Below are positions 22,857 through 31,851 of a stretch of DNA of 32,000 nucleotides, piece by piece. Origin of the DNA: an uncultured Erysipelotrichaceae bacterium (GTDB lineage Bacteria > Bacillota_I > Bacilli_A > Erysipelotrichales > Erysipelotrichaceae). Location of the stretch: NCBI GenBank assembly GCA_942493105.1, contig OW818668.1, forward strand, positions 870,001-902,000. Direction: 5' to 3'. The first letter of the stretch is position 1, and every line of letters begins with the position of its first letter. Made by a program: the position numbers and the translations under genes. Below the pieces are notes generated by a model, which saw nothing but the letters and a program-made list of their open reading frames with translations, was not told the DNA's origin and searched no databases.

Positions 22857-22886
22857 GACCCATTAAGCCCACTCATGGGTTTTTCT
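22857..22886 (+). terminator. Probable terminator after the Crp/Fnr gene
   Basis: GACCCAT...ATGGGT(T) forms a stem followed by TTTTTCTTT. The loop is rather large (11 nt). Confidence 0.45.
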
Positions 22887-22971
22887 TTAGTCATGATTAA
22901 AGGTTAAGTTATGATGCTGTGATACAATTGAATCAAGAAATTGAAGTATTTAGATACTTGAAAGGAAGTCT

Positions 22972-23763
22972 ATGAAATTAATCGTACATTCAGATGATTA
23001 TGGATTATCTTATGGAGTCACTGATGGGATCTTACTTGCTGCACGCAATGGGATCTTAACTGAAACGGGTCTGATGACCAATTTAGACAGCAGTGAATAT
23101 GCAGGTAAAAGGATGGTTGCAGAATTTCCACACATATTATTAGGGCAAGACATCAATGTCGTAGCAGGCAATCCAGTTTCAGATCCTGCCTTGATTCCAT
23201 CTATGGTCAATCCTGATGGATCCTTTAAGACATCGGGTCAACATCGTGCACTTGATAAGACCCATCCTAATCACATCACGTTTGAAGAATCATGTATTGA
23301 AGTTGAGAGTCAAGTTCAAAAATTCATAGAAATAACAGGAAGAAAACCAGCATATCTTCATGGTCATTCATACTCATGTCCAAATCATACTGCAGGGATG
23401 AAAGCGGTAGCTGAAAGACATGGGATACGTATCTTTAGTGAGATGGCTGATGAGGTTGGAGTTTATCGTAATTCAAGTTGGAATAAGAAACCTTTTACCC
23501 TAGAAGATCAAATTGCTGCAAGTCCAGAAAAGATGTTGTTAAGCAATGAGTTGGGTTTCCTAGACCATGACATCTGTAATTTACATGTTCATGCAGGGTT
23601 TGTAGATCAAGATATCATGGATCGTTCAACATATACCATTGTCAGAGTCAAAGACCTTCAATGTGTTATCAGTGAACAAGTCAAAGCTTGGGTCAAAGAA
23701 AACAATGTTGAATTGACCAATATTATCAAACTCTATCAAGAGAAATTTCCTAACATTAAATAA
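22972..23763 (+). CDS. YdjC/ChbG-family carbohydrate deacetylase
   Basis: The N-terminal MKLIVHSDDYGLSYGVTDGIL matches the YdjC-family DD.G block. The ~260-aa size fits. RBS AAAGGAAG is present. Confidence 0.7.
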   Translation: MKLIVHSDDYGLSYGVTDGILLAARNGILTETGLMTNLDSSEYAGKRMVAEFPHILLGQDINVVAGNPVSDPALIPSMVNPDGSFKTSGQHRALDKTHPNHITFEESCIEVESQVQKFIEITGRKPAYLHGHSYSCPNHTAGMKAVAERHGIRIFSEMADEVGVYRNSSWNKKPFTLEDQIAASPEKMLLSNELGFLDHDICNLHVHAGFVDQDIMDRSTYTIVRVKDLQCVISEQVKAWVKENNVELTNIIKLYQEKFPNIK

Positions 23764-23783
23764 TTAATTAATGAATGATTACT

Positions 23784-23814
23784 AAAGACAACACATGTGA
23801 GTGTTGTCTTTTTA
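23784..23814 (+). terminator. Rho-independent terminator after the YdjC-like gene
   Basis: AAAGACAACAC-atgtga-GTGTTGTCTTT is followed by TTAT. Confidence 0.7.
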
Positions 23815-23905
23815 TATGTAAACAAGCTAGTGAATCAAGATTATTAGCCTTTCTTCAATGAAATAAGCTTAAGTGTTATACTTAAATAGATCGAATTGAG
23901 GAACT

Positions 23906-25102
23906 ATGAAAAAAAGAAAATGGACCCCAGCACTCATATTTATCGTATTGATGGGGTTAGTCAGTTTATTATCCGATATGACACACGAAGGCGCACGAAG
24001 CATATATGGCGTCTTCTTAAGTATGACGGGTGCTTCTGCAGCAGCCATTGGCTTTGTGTCAGGCTTTGGCGAGCTTTTAGGGAATGCCCTCATATTGGTG
24101 ACTGGGTATATAGCAGATAAAACACATAAATACTGGATGATGACGATCATCGGCTATTCCATTAATTTACTTGCGATTCCTGCTTTAGCACTGGTTCCAG
24201 AAAATGGATGGATATTGGCCTGTGCTTTAATATTCATTGAAAGAATTGGTAGAGCCATACGTAAGCCATCAAAAAGCACCATGGTTTCATTTGCCTCTAA
24301 GCAACTTGGTGAAGGTAAAACATTTGCGATCTTAGAGTTCATGGATCAAATAGGAGCTTTCTTAGGTCCAGTCATGTTGTTTTTTGTTTTGATGATCAAA
24401 GGTGAAAGCAATGTTTTAAGTGCTTATCATCTAGCCTTTTTGATCCTTGGAATTCCTGCCATAGCGACGCTGATTGTGTTGTTGATTGCACGAAGGAAAT
24501 TTCCAGATCCATCACAATTTGAAAAAGAAAGTATTGTAAAAGAGCCGCTTAAAATAAAAGTTAGTTTCATTTTGTATTTGGCTGCGATTTCACTCTTCGC
24601 GTTTGGATTTATCGACTTTCCTATGATTACAATGCATATCTCAAGACAAGGTCTTGTATCAAATAATATTTTGCCTTTATTGTATGCAGGCGCCATGATC
24701 GTAGATGCCTTTGCGGCTTTATTCTTTGGATGGTTCTATGACAAATATGGATTAAGGGTATTGATGTTGTCGACACTGGTTTCCGCAACTTTCTCTCTGT
24801 TCATCTTTTATATCGGTTCACTTGAAGGAATGGTTATTGGGATCATCATGTGGGGGATTGGGATGGGAGCTCAGGAAACGATTCTTAAAGCGGCTGTTGC
24901 GACTTTGGTTCCTAAAAAAAGCCGTTCGATCGGCTTTGGAGTCTTTGAATTAACTTTCGGATTTTCATGGTTTTTAGGAAGCTGGTTTTTAGGTTATCTC
25001 TATGATATCGACATCAATCTCATGATCATGATTTCAATCGGAGTTCAACTTTTAGCCATCCCTGTTTTCTATGGAACGTATCGAACGAGTAAGCAAGCTT
25101 AA
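23906..25102 (+). CDS. MFS-type transporter (substrate unknown)
   Basis: 398 aa with ~12 predicted hydrophobic helices and a basic loop GRAIRKPSK after TM2/3, as in MFS proteins. RBS GAGGAA is present. Confidence 0.65.
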   Translation: MKKRKWTPALIFIVLMGLVSLLSDMTHEGARSIYGVFLSMTGASAAAIGFVSGFGELLGNALILVTGYIADKTHKYWMMTIIGYSINLLAIPALALVPENGWILACALIFIERIGRAIRKPSKSTMVSFASKQLGEGKTFAILEFMDQIGAFLGPVMLFFVLMIKGESNVLSAYHLAFLILGIPAIATLIVLLIARRKFPDPSQFEKESIVKEPLKIKVSFILYLAAISLFAFGFIDFPMITMHISRQGLVSNNILPLLYAGAMIVDAFAALFFGWFYDKYGLRVLMLSTLVSATFSLFIFYIGSLEGMVIGIIMWGIGMGAQETILKAAVATLVPKKSRSIGFGVFELTFGFSWFLGSWFLGYLYDIDINLMIMISIGVQLLAIPVFYGTYRTSKQA

Positions 25103-25117
25103 AAATTCATTTTGTTA

Positions 25118-25594
25118 TTATTGTGATCTGTGTCGTTTGACTTGAACTTCAGTAACATTAAGTCGATAAACTGTGACTTGATCTATTGCAGCATCTGAAT
25201 ATGTAAAGTCAGTTGATCCACTTTGATGTTTCATTAAAATATCTAAAGCATTTATTTTTTCTAATCGATCTTCAATGAATTCAATCACACCTGTTCCTAT
25301 GACACTCACAAAATCAAAGGTATAATCACACGCAAGTTCACCAGATATCAGTTGGTGTTCATCATCCATCTCAAAACAAACCTTTGGATTTGCTTTTAAT
25401 AGATCCATTTTTCTTCCACTATGAGCAGAGTGAAAGTATAAAGTATCCAGTTGATCACTGAAAGTATAACCAAAATTTAAAGGTACGATATAGGCTGTAT
25501 CTTCATCTACAAGTCCTAAACGACATACCTTTATTTTAGAGATGATATCTAAGATTTCTACAGGATCTATGACAGCTCTATCTTTTCTTCGCAT
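25118..25594 (-). CDS. Pyridoxamine-5'-phosphate-oxidase-like FMN-binding protein (Nim/PNPOx_2-like)
   Basis: MRRKDRAV.D..EI..II....VCRLGL.D....YIVPLNFGY is an N-terminal pattern typical of this family. The ATG at 25594 has RBS AGAGGAG. The ORF-track start at 25630 is unlikely. Confidence 0.65.
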   Translation of the reverse strand: MRRKDRAVIDPVEILDIISKIKVCRLGLVDEDTAYIVPLNFGYTFSDQLDTLYFHSAHSGRKMDLLKANPKVCFEMDDEHQLISGELACDYTFDFVSVIGTGVIEFIEDRLEKINALDILMKHQSGSTDFTYSDAAIDQVTVYRLNVTEVQVKRHRSQ

Positions 25595-25668
25595 AAGGAC
25601 TCCTCTTAAGTTAGATTTATTATATCGCAAATATCATTGGATCATAACTAGGGTTAGATAATGAAAAT

Positions 25669-25682
25669 TGAAAGCGCTTAAG
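25669..25682. promoter_or_regulatory. cre-like (CcpA-type) element upstream of pflB
   Basis: TGAAAGCGCTTAAG matches 12 of 14 positions of TGWNANCGNTNWCA. The last two positions deviate. Confidence 0.3.
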
Positions 25683-25700
25683 TCATATTAGGTGCAAAAA

Positions 25701-25716
25701 TGTGATTAAAGTCACA
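25701..25716. promoter_or_regulatory. Perfect TGTGA-N6-TCACA dyad (Crp/Fnr- or Rex-type box) upstream of pflB
   Basis: The sequence is TGTGATTAAAGTCACA. TATAAT at 25741-25746 lies downstream, so the box centre is about -44 of a predicted start (estimate). Confidence 0.55.
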
Positions 25717-25766
25717 TCATAATGTTGAAGAGCATGATAATATAATTTAGCACTCAGGAGGCACAT

Positions 25767-27992
25767 ATGCACAAAACATGGGATTCATTCAAATCAGGTG
25801 TATGGCAACATGAAATCAATGTTGAAGATTTCATTAACCAGAACTTTAGCACGTATGTTGGTGATGATCAGTTTCTATCACCAATATCAGACAATACAAA
25901 AGCAGTTTGGGAAAAATGTGTAGAACTGCTTAAACAGGAACAGAAACTTGGAGTTTTAGATATTGAGATGGATGCTGTATCCGGTGTCAATAATTTTAAA
26001 CCTGGGTATATTTTAAAAGATAAAGAATCGATTGTAGGACTTCAAACAGATGCCCCATTAAAGCGCATCATCAATCCTTATGGAGGCATTAAACTTGCTT
26101 CAAAAATACTAGAAGTCTACGGACGTAAAATGAAACCAGAATTTGAAAAGTTCTTTAATGATTATTCAAAGACCCATAACCAAGGTGTTTTTGATGCCTA
26201 TACACCAGAAATGAAGAAAGCTCGACACACCGGATTGTTGACGGGTTTGCCGGATGCTTATGGGCGAGGAAGAATCATTGGGGATTATCGCAGAGTGGCT
26301 TTATATGGAATAGATGCTTTAATTGAAGCCAAGAAAATTGACTTCAATCAAATCACAGAAATCAATGATTCAACGATTCAACTCAGAGAAGAAGTCAGCG
26401 ATCAAATTAGAGCTTTAAAAGACATGATCAAAATGGCTTCATCCTATGGCTTTGATATCTCAAAACCTGCTACAAATGCTCAAGAAGCCGTACAATGGCT
26501 TTATTTTGCTTATTTGGCAGCTGTTAAAGAAAACAATGGAGCAGCCATGTCTTTAGGACGTACTTCATCTTTCCTTGATATCTATATTGAAAGAGATCTT
26601 AAAGAAGGCTTGATCACAGAAATGCAGGCTCAAGATTTGATCGATCAGTTCATCATCAAATTACGTTTGGTACGTCATTTACGTTCACCTGAATACGATG
26701 AATTATTTGCGGGTGATCCAACATGGGTGACTGAATCCATCGGTGGTATTGCCTCTAATGGGAAACCTTTGGTGACCAAGACATCATTTAGATATCTGCA
26801 TTCATTAACCAACATTGGACCTGCACCTGAACCCAATATGACCATACTTTGGTCTGAAAAACTACCTGAAGCATTCAAACAATACTGCGCAAAAATGTCC
26901 ATAGAGACAGGTGCCATTCAATATGAAAATGATGATTTGATGTCTCCTTTATATCGCAATGATTATGCGATCGCTTGCTGTGTTTCGGCTATGGAAGTTG
27001 GTAAACAGATCCAATACTTTGGCGCAAGAACCAATTTAGCCAAGGCACTGCTCTATGCGATCAATGGTGGTTATGATGAAATCTACCAAGAAAAGATCAT
27101 TGATGGGATCCCATCGATCACAGATGAAGTTCTAGATTTTGATAAAGTCATGGATCTGTATACTTTGACTCTGAAGAAAGTTTCAGCTCTATATGTCGAT
27201 ACCATGAACATCATCCACTACATGCACGATAAATATGCCTATGAAAAAAGCATGTTTGCCTTACATGATACACATGTCACACGTTTGATGGCTTTTGGGG
27301 CAGCAGGATTATCGGTTGTAGCAGATTCATTGTCTGCGATAAAGTATGCGAAAGTAAGACCAATTCGAAATGAGCTAGGTATTGCGATCGATTTTAAAAT
27401 TGAAGGTGATTATCCTAAATTTGGAAATGATGATGATCGTGTAGATGACATCGCTGTAGATGTCGTCACCATGTTTTCAAACATGTTGAAAGAACATCCT
27501 TTACATCGCAATGCAGTTCATACATTATCGATCTTAACCATCACATCCAATGTTGTATATGGACTTAAAACAGGCAACACACCAGATGGACGTCAAAAAG
27601 GTGAACCTTTTGCCCCGGGTGCAAACCCAATGCATGGTCGTGATCAAAGCGGTGCTTTAGCTTCTCTCAACTCTGTCGCAAAGATTCCTTATGGGGATAT
27701 CTGCCAAGACGGGGTGTCTAATACATTCTCGATCCTGCCAGAAACTTTAGGCAAGACTCAACACGAACGCATCTTAAATACGGTATCAATCCTAGAAGGT
27801 TACTTTAAACAAAAAGCACATCACTTAAATGTGAATGTTTATTCTAGAGAAGTCTTACAGAAAGCCATGGATCATCCTGAGCTTTATCCTAATCTTACCA
27901 TTCGTGTTTCTGGTTATGCAGTTCACTTCCATCGCTTAACCAGAGCTCAACAGTTGGAAGTACTTAATAGGACCTTCCATGAATCCATCTAG
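25767..27992 (+). CDS. pflB: Pyruvate formate-lyase (glycyl radical enzyme)
   Basis: The glycyl-radical motif RVSGYAVHF is at the C-terminus. The active-site Cys pair is in IACCVSAME. The protein is 741 aa. RBS AGGAGG is present. Confidence 0.9.
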   Translation: MHKTWDSFKSGVWQHEINVEDFINQNFSTYVGDDQFLSPISDNTKAVWEKCVELLKQEQKLGVLDIEMDAVSGVNNFKPGYILKDKESIVGLQTDAPLKRIINPYGGIKLASKILEVYGRKMKPEFEKFFNDYSKTHNQGVFDAYTPEMKKARHTGLLTGLPDAYGRGRIIGDYRRVALYGIDALIEAKKIDFNQITEINDSTIQLREEVSDQIRALKDMIKMASSYGFDISKPATNAQEAVQWLYFAYLAAVKENNGAAMSLGRTSSFLDIYIERDLKEGLITEMQAQDLIDQFIIKLRLVRHLRSPEYDELFAGDPTWVTESIGGIASNGKPLVTKTSFRYLHSLTNIGPAPEPNMTILWSEKLPEAFKQYCAKMSIETGAIQYENDDLMSPLYRNDYAIACCVSAMEVGKQIQYFGARTNLAKALLYAINGGYDEIYQEKIIDGIPSITDEVLDFDKVMDLYTLTLKKVSALYVDTMNIIHYMHDKYAYEKSMFALHDTHVTRLMAFGAAGLSVVADSLSAIKYAKVRPIRNELGIAIDFKIEGDYPKFGNDDDRVDDIAVDVVTMFSNMLKEHPLHRNAVHTLSILTITSNVVYGLKTGNTPDGRQKGEPFAPGANPMHGRDQSGALASLNSVAKIPYGDICQDGVSNTFSILPETLGKTQHERILNTVSILEGYFKQKAHHLNVNVYSREVLQKAMDHPELYPNLTIRVSGYAVHFHRLTRAQQLEVLNRTFHESI

Positions 27993-28722
27993 ACTCGGCT
28001 ATATCAGTAAAATAGAACCCTTTGGGACCTTTGATGGGCCAGGGATTCGATCGATCATCTTTCTTTCAGGATGTCCTTTAAGATGTGTATATTGTCATAA
28101 TCCAGAGACTTGGCAAGCCCAAATCGGAAATCGATTGAGTGCCCAAGAAATCACAGAGTTGGCACTAAGAAATAAACCTTACTATGGTCAACATGGTGGC
28201 GTCACCTTTAGCGGTGGAGAACCTTTGAATCAGCCAGAATTTCTTTTAGAGTGCTTATTGGCTTTAAAAGAAGCAGGCATTCATACTGCACTAGATACTT
28301 CAGGCTTTTCATTATCACCTTTATTACCAGAAATCATCAAAGCAACTGACTTAATTATCTATGACTTAAAAGCAGCTGAAGCAGATCTATATAAGAAAAT
28401 CACTTCTCAAAAAATGGAAGTGACCGAACGTTTTCTAGAGTTGGCTCAAAGCATAGGAACCCCATTATGGATCAGACAAGTCTTAGTTCCAGGACTCAAT
28501 GACAATCAGGTCAATCTGCTCGCAACAGCTCAACGTATCGCAAAACTTAAGCATGTCGAAAAAATTGAGATCTTGCCTTATCATACCTTAGGAAAGTCTA
28601 AATATGAACTTATGGAGATTGAATATCCTTTAGGTGAAACTCCAGCCATGTCTCTAACCAAAGGACTACAGTGGCAAACACAACTCATAGAACTCGTCAA
28701 CAAGCTAAAGCCATCTGAATAA
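27979..28722 (+). CDS. pflA: Pyruvate formate-lyase activating enzyme (radical SAM)
   Basis: [11 protein letters not shown] is followed by [12 protein letters not shown] (C-x3-C-x2-C) and [10 protein letters not shown]. The gene overlaps the pflB end by 14 nt. Confidence 0.9.
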   Translation: MNPSRLGYISKIEPFGTFDGPGIRSIIFLSGCPLRCVYCHNPETWQAQIGNRLSAQEITELALRNKPYYGQHGGVTFSGGEPLNQPEFLLECLLALKEAGIHTALDTSGFSLSPLLPEIIKATDLIIYDLKAAEADLYKKITSQKMEVTERFLELAQSIGTPLWIRQVLVPGLNDNQVNLLATAQRIAKLKHVEKIEILPYHTLGKSKYELMEIEYPLGETPAMSLTKGLQWQTQLIELVNKLKPSE

Positions 28723-28737
28723 TCAGATGGCTTTTAT
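28707..28737. terminator. Stem-loop terminator at the pflA 3' end (shared with the convergent gene)
   Basis: AAAGCCATCTGA-ataa-TCAGATGGCTTT is a 12-bp stem spanning the pflA stop codon, followed by TATT. Confidence 0.6.
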
Positions 28738-28836
28738 TAAGATATATTTTCTTGATGATGTATGGAATATTCTTTGAGAGTTCAATAACCATACAAATAA
28801 CGATTTTTAGTGAGCTAGTGAAATCCTATCTCTATA

Positions 28837-29988
28837 CTAGTCTTCTAATGAATTGTTGTAGGTCTTGAGTTCATCAAATAATTGTTTAAAAACCACTTCC
28901 AACCGATCTTCGTTTTCTTGATCGTCTTGCATAGCATATATGGTTTGTCTAACACGGATGTTCATCATTTTTCGAAGTAAAAGAGTTTTGTAATCTTCAT
29001 CATTAACATCATATACCTGTTCCAATACCACAAGCAAATATGGTAGTACCGTTTTATACTCAGGACGATAGAGTTGATAATTGGCTGCAAACAAATAATA
29101 GAAATCAATTTCTCCGTATTGAACAGTATTTGTTAGCATCAAGTTCAAAAACTCTTGATTTCTACCTAACAATAGATAAGCATTTAAGTATTGTGTCATG
29201 ACCAAAGCTTTAGCATCTTCAGGATCTCTGATTGATGAAAGATTCGCAAAAGATTCCATCCCATATAAATCTGCTCGTCCACTATCTTCACGAAGTTCAT
29301 AAATTAGTTTGAGTACTTCATCATCTTTCAAAGCAAGGGGCAAATAGGTAATTCTTTCTTCATAACTTCGATAATTTATAAGGTCTATTGTTAATTTAGC
29401 TAAATTTTCAGAACTGGGTTCCTCATTATAAGAGTATATTTCATAACGAATACGCCATTCAGAGCTGAAGATTAAAACTACTGCAAATCCAACAAATGGA
29501 AGGATAAACATTAGAAAAGAAATGGTGCTGATCTTGAAAGTTCGTCTTAGGAATTTAATTGTTCTTGGAAAACGCAACTTTTTAGATGCTTGATAAGAAA
29601 GTTCATGGTTTTCTTTAGAGATGATCCAATGATTGTATATTAAGACCGTCACATGAATGGCGAAGGTATAGATGAGAATGTTAAATAATAAGAACCTAAT
29701 CAAAACAGGTAAATTATAGTTATGTTGTCTAAATAAAAAGGATGTTGGTAACAAGCCAATATAAACAAGTGGGGGCATGAAAATATATAGAACCTTATTC
29801 TTAATTATGTTTAGTTTCTTGTTGGTCATTACGATGACCGTTATCATATAGGAAAACATCCCAATTAAGATAGTAAATAAATAATCAAATGGAATCATCC
29901 TTGGCCAAAGGGCTTCTTTAAAAGTCAAAAAAATTACCGCTGCGGGTCCACCAACCACATAAAGCCAGAATAATATTTTCTTGAGCAT
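28837..29988 (-). CDS. Hypothetical polytopic membrane protein with a C-terminal soluble helical domain
   Basis: Roughly 5-6 hydrophobic helices occupy the first ~190 aa, followed by ~190 aa of soluble sequence. The ATG at 29988 (MLKKILFW) has RBS GAGAGG. The ORF-track TTG at 30036 is less likely. No family was recognised. Confidence 0.5.
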   Translation of the reverse strand: MLKKILFWLYVVGGPAAVIFLTFKEALWPRMIPFDYLFTILIGMFSYMITVIVMTNKKLNIIKNKVLYIFMPPLVYIGLLPTSFLFRQHNYNLPVLIRFLLFNILIYTFAIHVTVLIYNHWIISKENHELSYQASKKLRFPRTIKFLRRTFKISTISFLMFILPFVGFAVVLIFSSEWRIRYEIYSYNEEPSSENLAKLTIDLINYRSYEERITYLPLALKDDEVLKLIYELREDSGRADLYGMESFANLSSIRDPEDAKALVMTQYLNAYLLLGRNQEFLNLMLTNTVQYGEIDFYYLFAANYQLYRPEYKTVLPYLLVVLEQVYDVNDEDYKTLLLRKMMNIRVRQTIYAMQDDQENEDRLEVVFKQLFDELKTYNNSLED

Positions 29989-30032
29989 AAAAAACCTCTC
30001 TGATATCATTCTACTCAAATATAAGAACCTTT

Positions 30033-30725
30033 TCAATCTGCTTTACTAAAGTTTGGTGATTCGTAAAGTATTGTATTGGTTGCATTACATTCCTTCAATA
30101 ATTCTTCCACATAATTGATCATGAATAAATATCTTTGATGACCAATTTGATTGGCTAAAGATGTGTTATAGTGTCCATCAAGTTTAAATAGCTTTTCATA
30201 AAAATGATTGAGGCTGGTTGTATGCAGAGCTTTGTTTTTGTAATTTTCAGAACTTAGATTTTTTCGATAAGGGATTTCAGGGTTAAAGATCTCGCGACCA
30301 TGGGCACCACCAAACGCAAAAGCACGGGCTATTCCAATGGCCCCAACCGCATCTAAACGATCCGCATCTTGAACGATCTGTCCTTCTATGGTAGACATTG
30401 GACGAAGAACCTGACCTTTAAATGACATTGTTTCGATGATTTCAACCACGTGCTGAATCAATTTATTATCTACACCACAAGAAATCAACCAATCCTTTGC
30501 AGCTTTTGGACCCTTGATTTCATCATTTGATGATTTATAGTCATAAATATCATGTAAGGTAGAAGCTAATATTACCACTTCCATATTCACTTCTTGTGTT
30601 TCTGATTGTGCTAAGCGAATAGCCATATCGATGACTCTTTGCGTATGCCACCAATCATGACCAGTGGCTTCTTTCTCAAGCAACCTCCTAGCATAACTCA
30701 TTGTCTTCTCGATGATTGTTTCCAT
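30033..30725 (-). CDS. HD-domain metal-dependent phosphohydrolase (YpgQ/YedJ-like)
   Basis: GHDWWHTQRV and LHDIYDYK (HD) and DADRLDAVGAIG blocks are present. The ~230-aa size fits. The ATG at 30725 with GAGG 5 nt upstream is preferred over the GTG at 30731. Confidence 0.7.
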   Translation of the reverse strand: METIIEKTMSYARRLLEKEATGHDWWHTQRVIDMAIRLAQSETQEVNMEVVILASTLHDIYDYKSSNDEIKGPKAAKDWLISCGVDNKLIQHVVEIIETMSFKGQVLRPMSTIEGQIVQDADRLDAVGAIGIARAFAFGGAHGREIFNPEIPYRKNLSSENYKNKALHTTSLNHFYEKLFKLDGHYNTSLANQIGHQRYLFMINYVEELLKECNATNTILYESPNFSKAD

Positions 30726-30947
30726 AGTCACCTCAATACTTCTATTATAGGCTATGTAACTACCACAATGAACTGAACTTCATGTTTCATCAAACCCATC
30801 AATATTCACCAAAATTTTAAATTTTAGGTCAAAATTTTAATTATGGTAAATTTGTGGGATTATCACTGTCTGAACACTGTAGGGGGTGGATTTGTTATAA
30901 TGAAAACAGAAAATCTATCGTGGTATAGATTTGCGAGAGGACCTCAT

Positions 30948-31826
30948 ATGAAAAATATAGCGACTTTCTCCATCGTAGCCAGAGACCCTGAAACAGGTGA
31001 AATCGGGATTGCTGTTCAATCTAAATTTTTGGCTGTAGGATCTGCTGTTCCTTGGGCAAAAGCCAACGTTGGTGGAATCGCGACTCAGGCCATGGCTAAC
31101 CTTGAGTTTGGGACAGTTGGACTGGATTTGCTTGAGAAAGGTTACACTGCTCAAAAAGTATTGGAATCACTAAAAGCCAGGGATAACCATATCGAAGATC
31201 GGCAATTTGGGATCGTAGATTCCAAAGGTGGAGCTGTTACTTTTACAGGTAAAAATTGCTTCGATTATGCAGGAGGTATCGCTCAAGAAAATCTAGCGTG
31301 TCAAGGCAACATATTGGTTTCTGCTGAAACGATTGAAGCCATGGTTAAGACCTACAGATTGACCCAGGGGACCTTAGCGAATCGCTTGGTCAAAGCCCTG
31401 GATGCTGGTCAAAACGCTGGTGGTGACCGCAGAGGTCGCCAATCTGCTGCTTTATTGATTGTTAAACAAGGGGGCAGTTATGGTGGGTATAATGATCGAT
31501 ACATGGATCTTAGAGTAGATGATGATCCTCAACCCATTAAGAAACTAATGAAGCTTGTTAAACTTCATGAGATCTATTTTAATAAAACAAGAGAAGAAGA
31601 TAAAGTCGTGGTTGATTCTAAAGGTGCAGATCAGATTCAAAAGGCACTCAAGAAATGTGGATACTATAAAGGTCCTTTTACTCAAGAATTTGATACAGAA
31701 ACCATAAAGGCATATAATGATTTTTGTGGTTGGGAGAACTTTGAAGAACGCATCAACGAAGGTAATATTGTCGATAAAAATGTTTTAAAATTCTTGTTGA
31801 GAAAAGCCAAGCGAATCATCGAATAA
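30948..31826 (+). CDS. DUF1028 (Ntn-hydrolase-fold) protein with a C-terminal peptidoglycan-binding-like domain
   Basis: TFSIVARDPETGEIGIAVQSKFLAVGSAVPWA is a typical DUF1028 N-terminus. The C-terminal IQKALKKCGYYKGPFTQEFDTETIKAYNDF resembles PG_binding_1. The ATG at 30948 (RBS GAGAGG) is preferred over the ORF-track start at 30843. Confidence 0.65.
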   Translation: MKNIATFSIVARDPETGEIGIAVQSKFLAVGSAVPWAKANVGGIATQAMANLEFGTVGLDLLEKGYTAQKVLESLKARDNHIEDRQFGIVDSKGGAVTFTGKNCFDYAGGIAQENLACQGNILVSAETIEAMVKTYRLTQGTLANRLVKALDAGQNAGGDRRGRQSAALLIVKQGGSYGGYNDRYMDLRVDDDPQPIKKLMKLVKLHEIYFNKTREEDKVVVDSKGADQIQKALKKCGYYKGPFTQEFDTETIKAYNDFCGWENFEERINEGNIVDKNVLKFLLRKAKRIIE

Positions 31827-31851
31827 TTGTTTTTCTAAAAAGGAGATGTTT

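Noticed and set aside
22928-22945. TGTGATACAATTGAATCA upstream of the YdjC-like gene as a second Crp/Fnr box.
   Set aside because: Only the left half-site (TGTGA) matches. The right half (TGAAT / GAATC) does not fit TCACA or TCAA at N6 spacing.
25767-27992. Reading the glycyl radical enzyme as a non-PFL type (choline lyase, glycerol dehydratase or similar) forming a novel pathway.
   Set aside because: It has the PFL-specific adjacent Cys pair (ACCVS), the RVSGYAV glycyl loop and a PFL-typical length of 741 aa. A standard PflA activase is adjacent, so this is ordinary pflBA.
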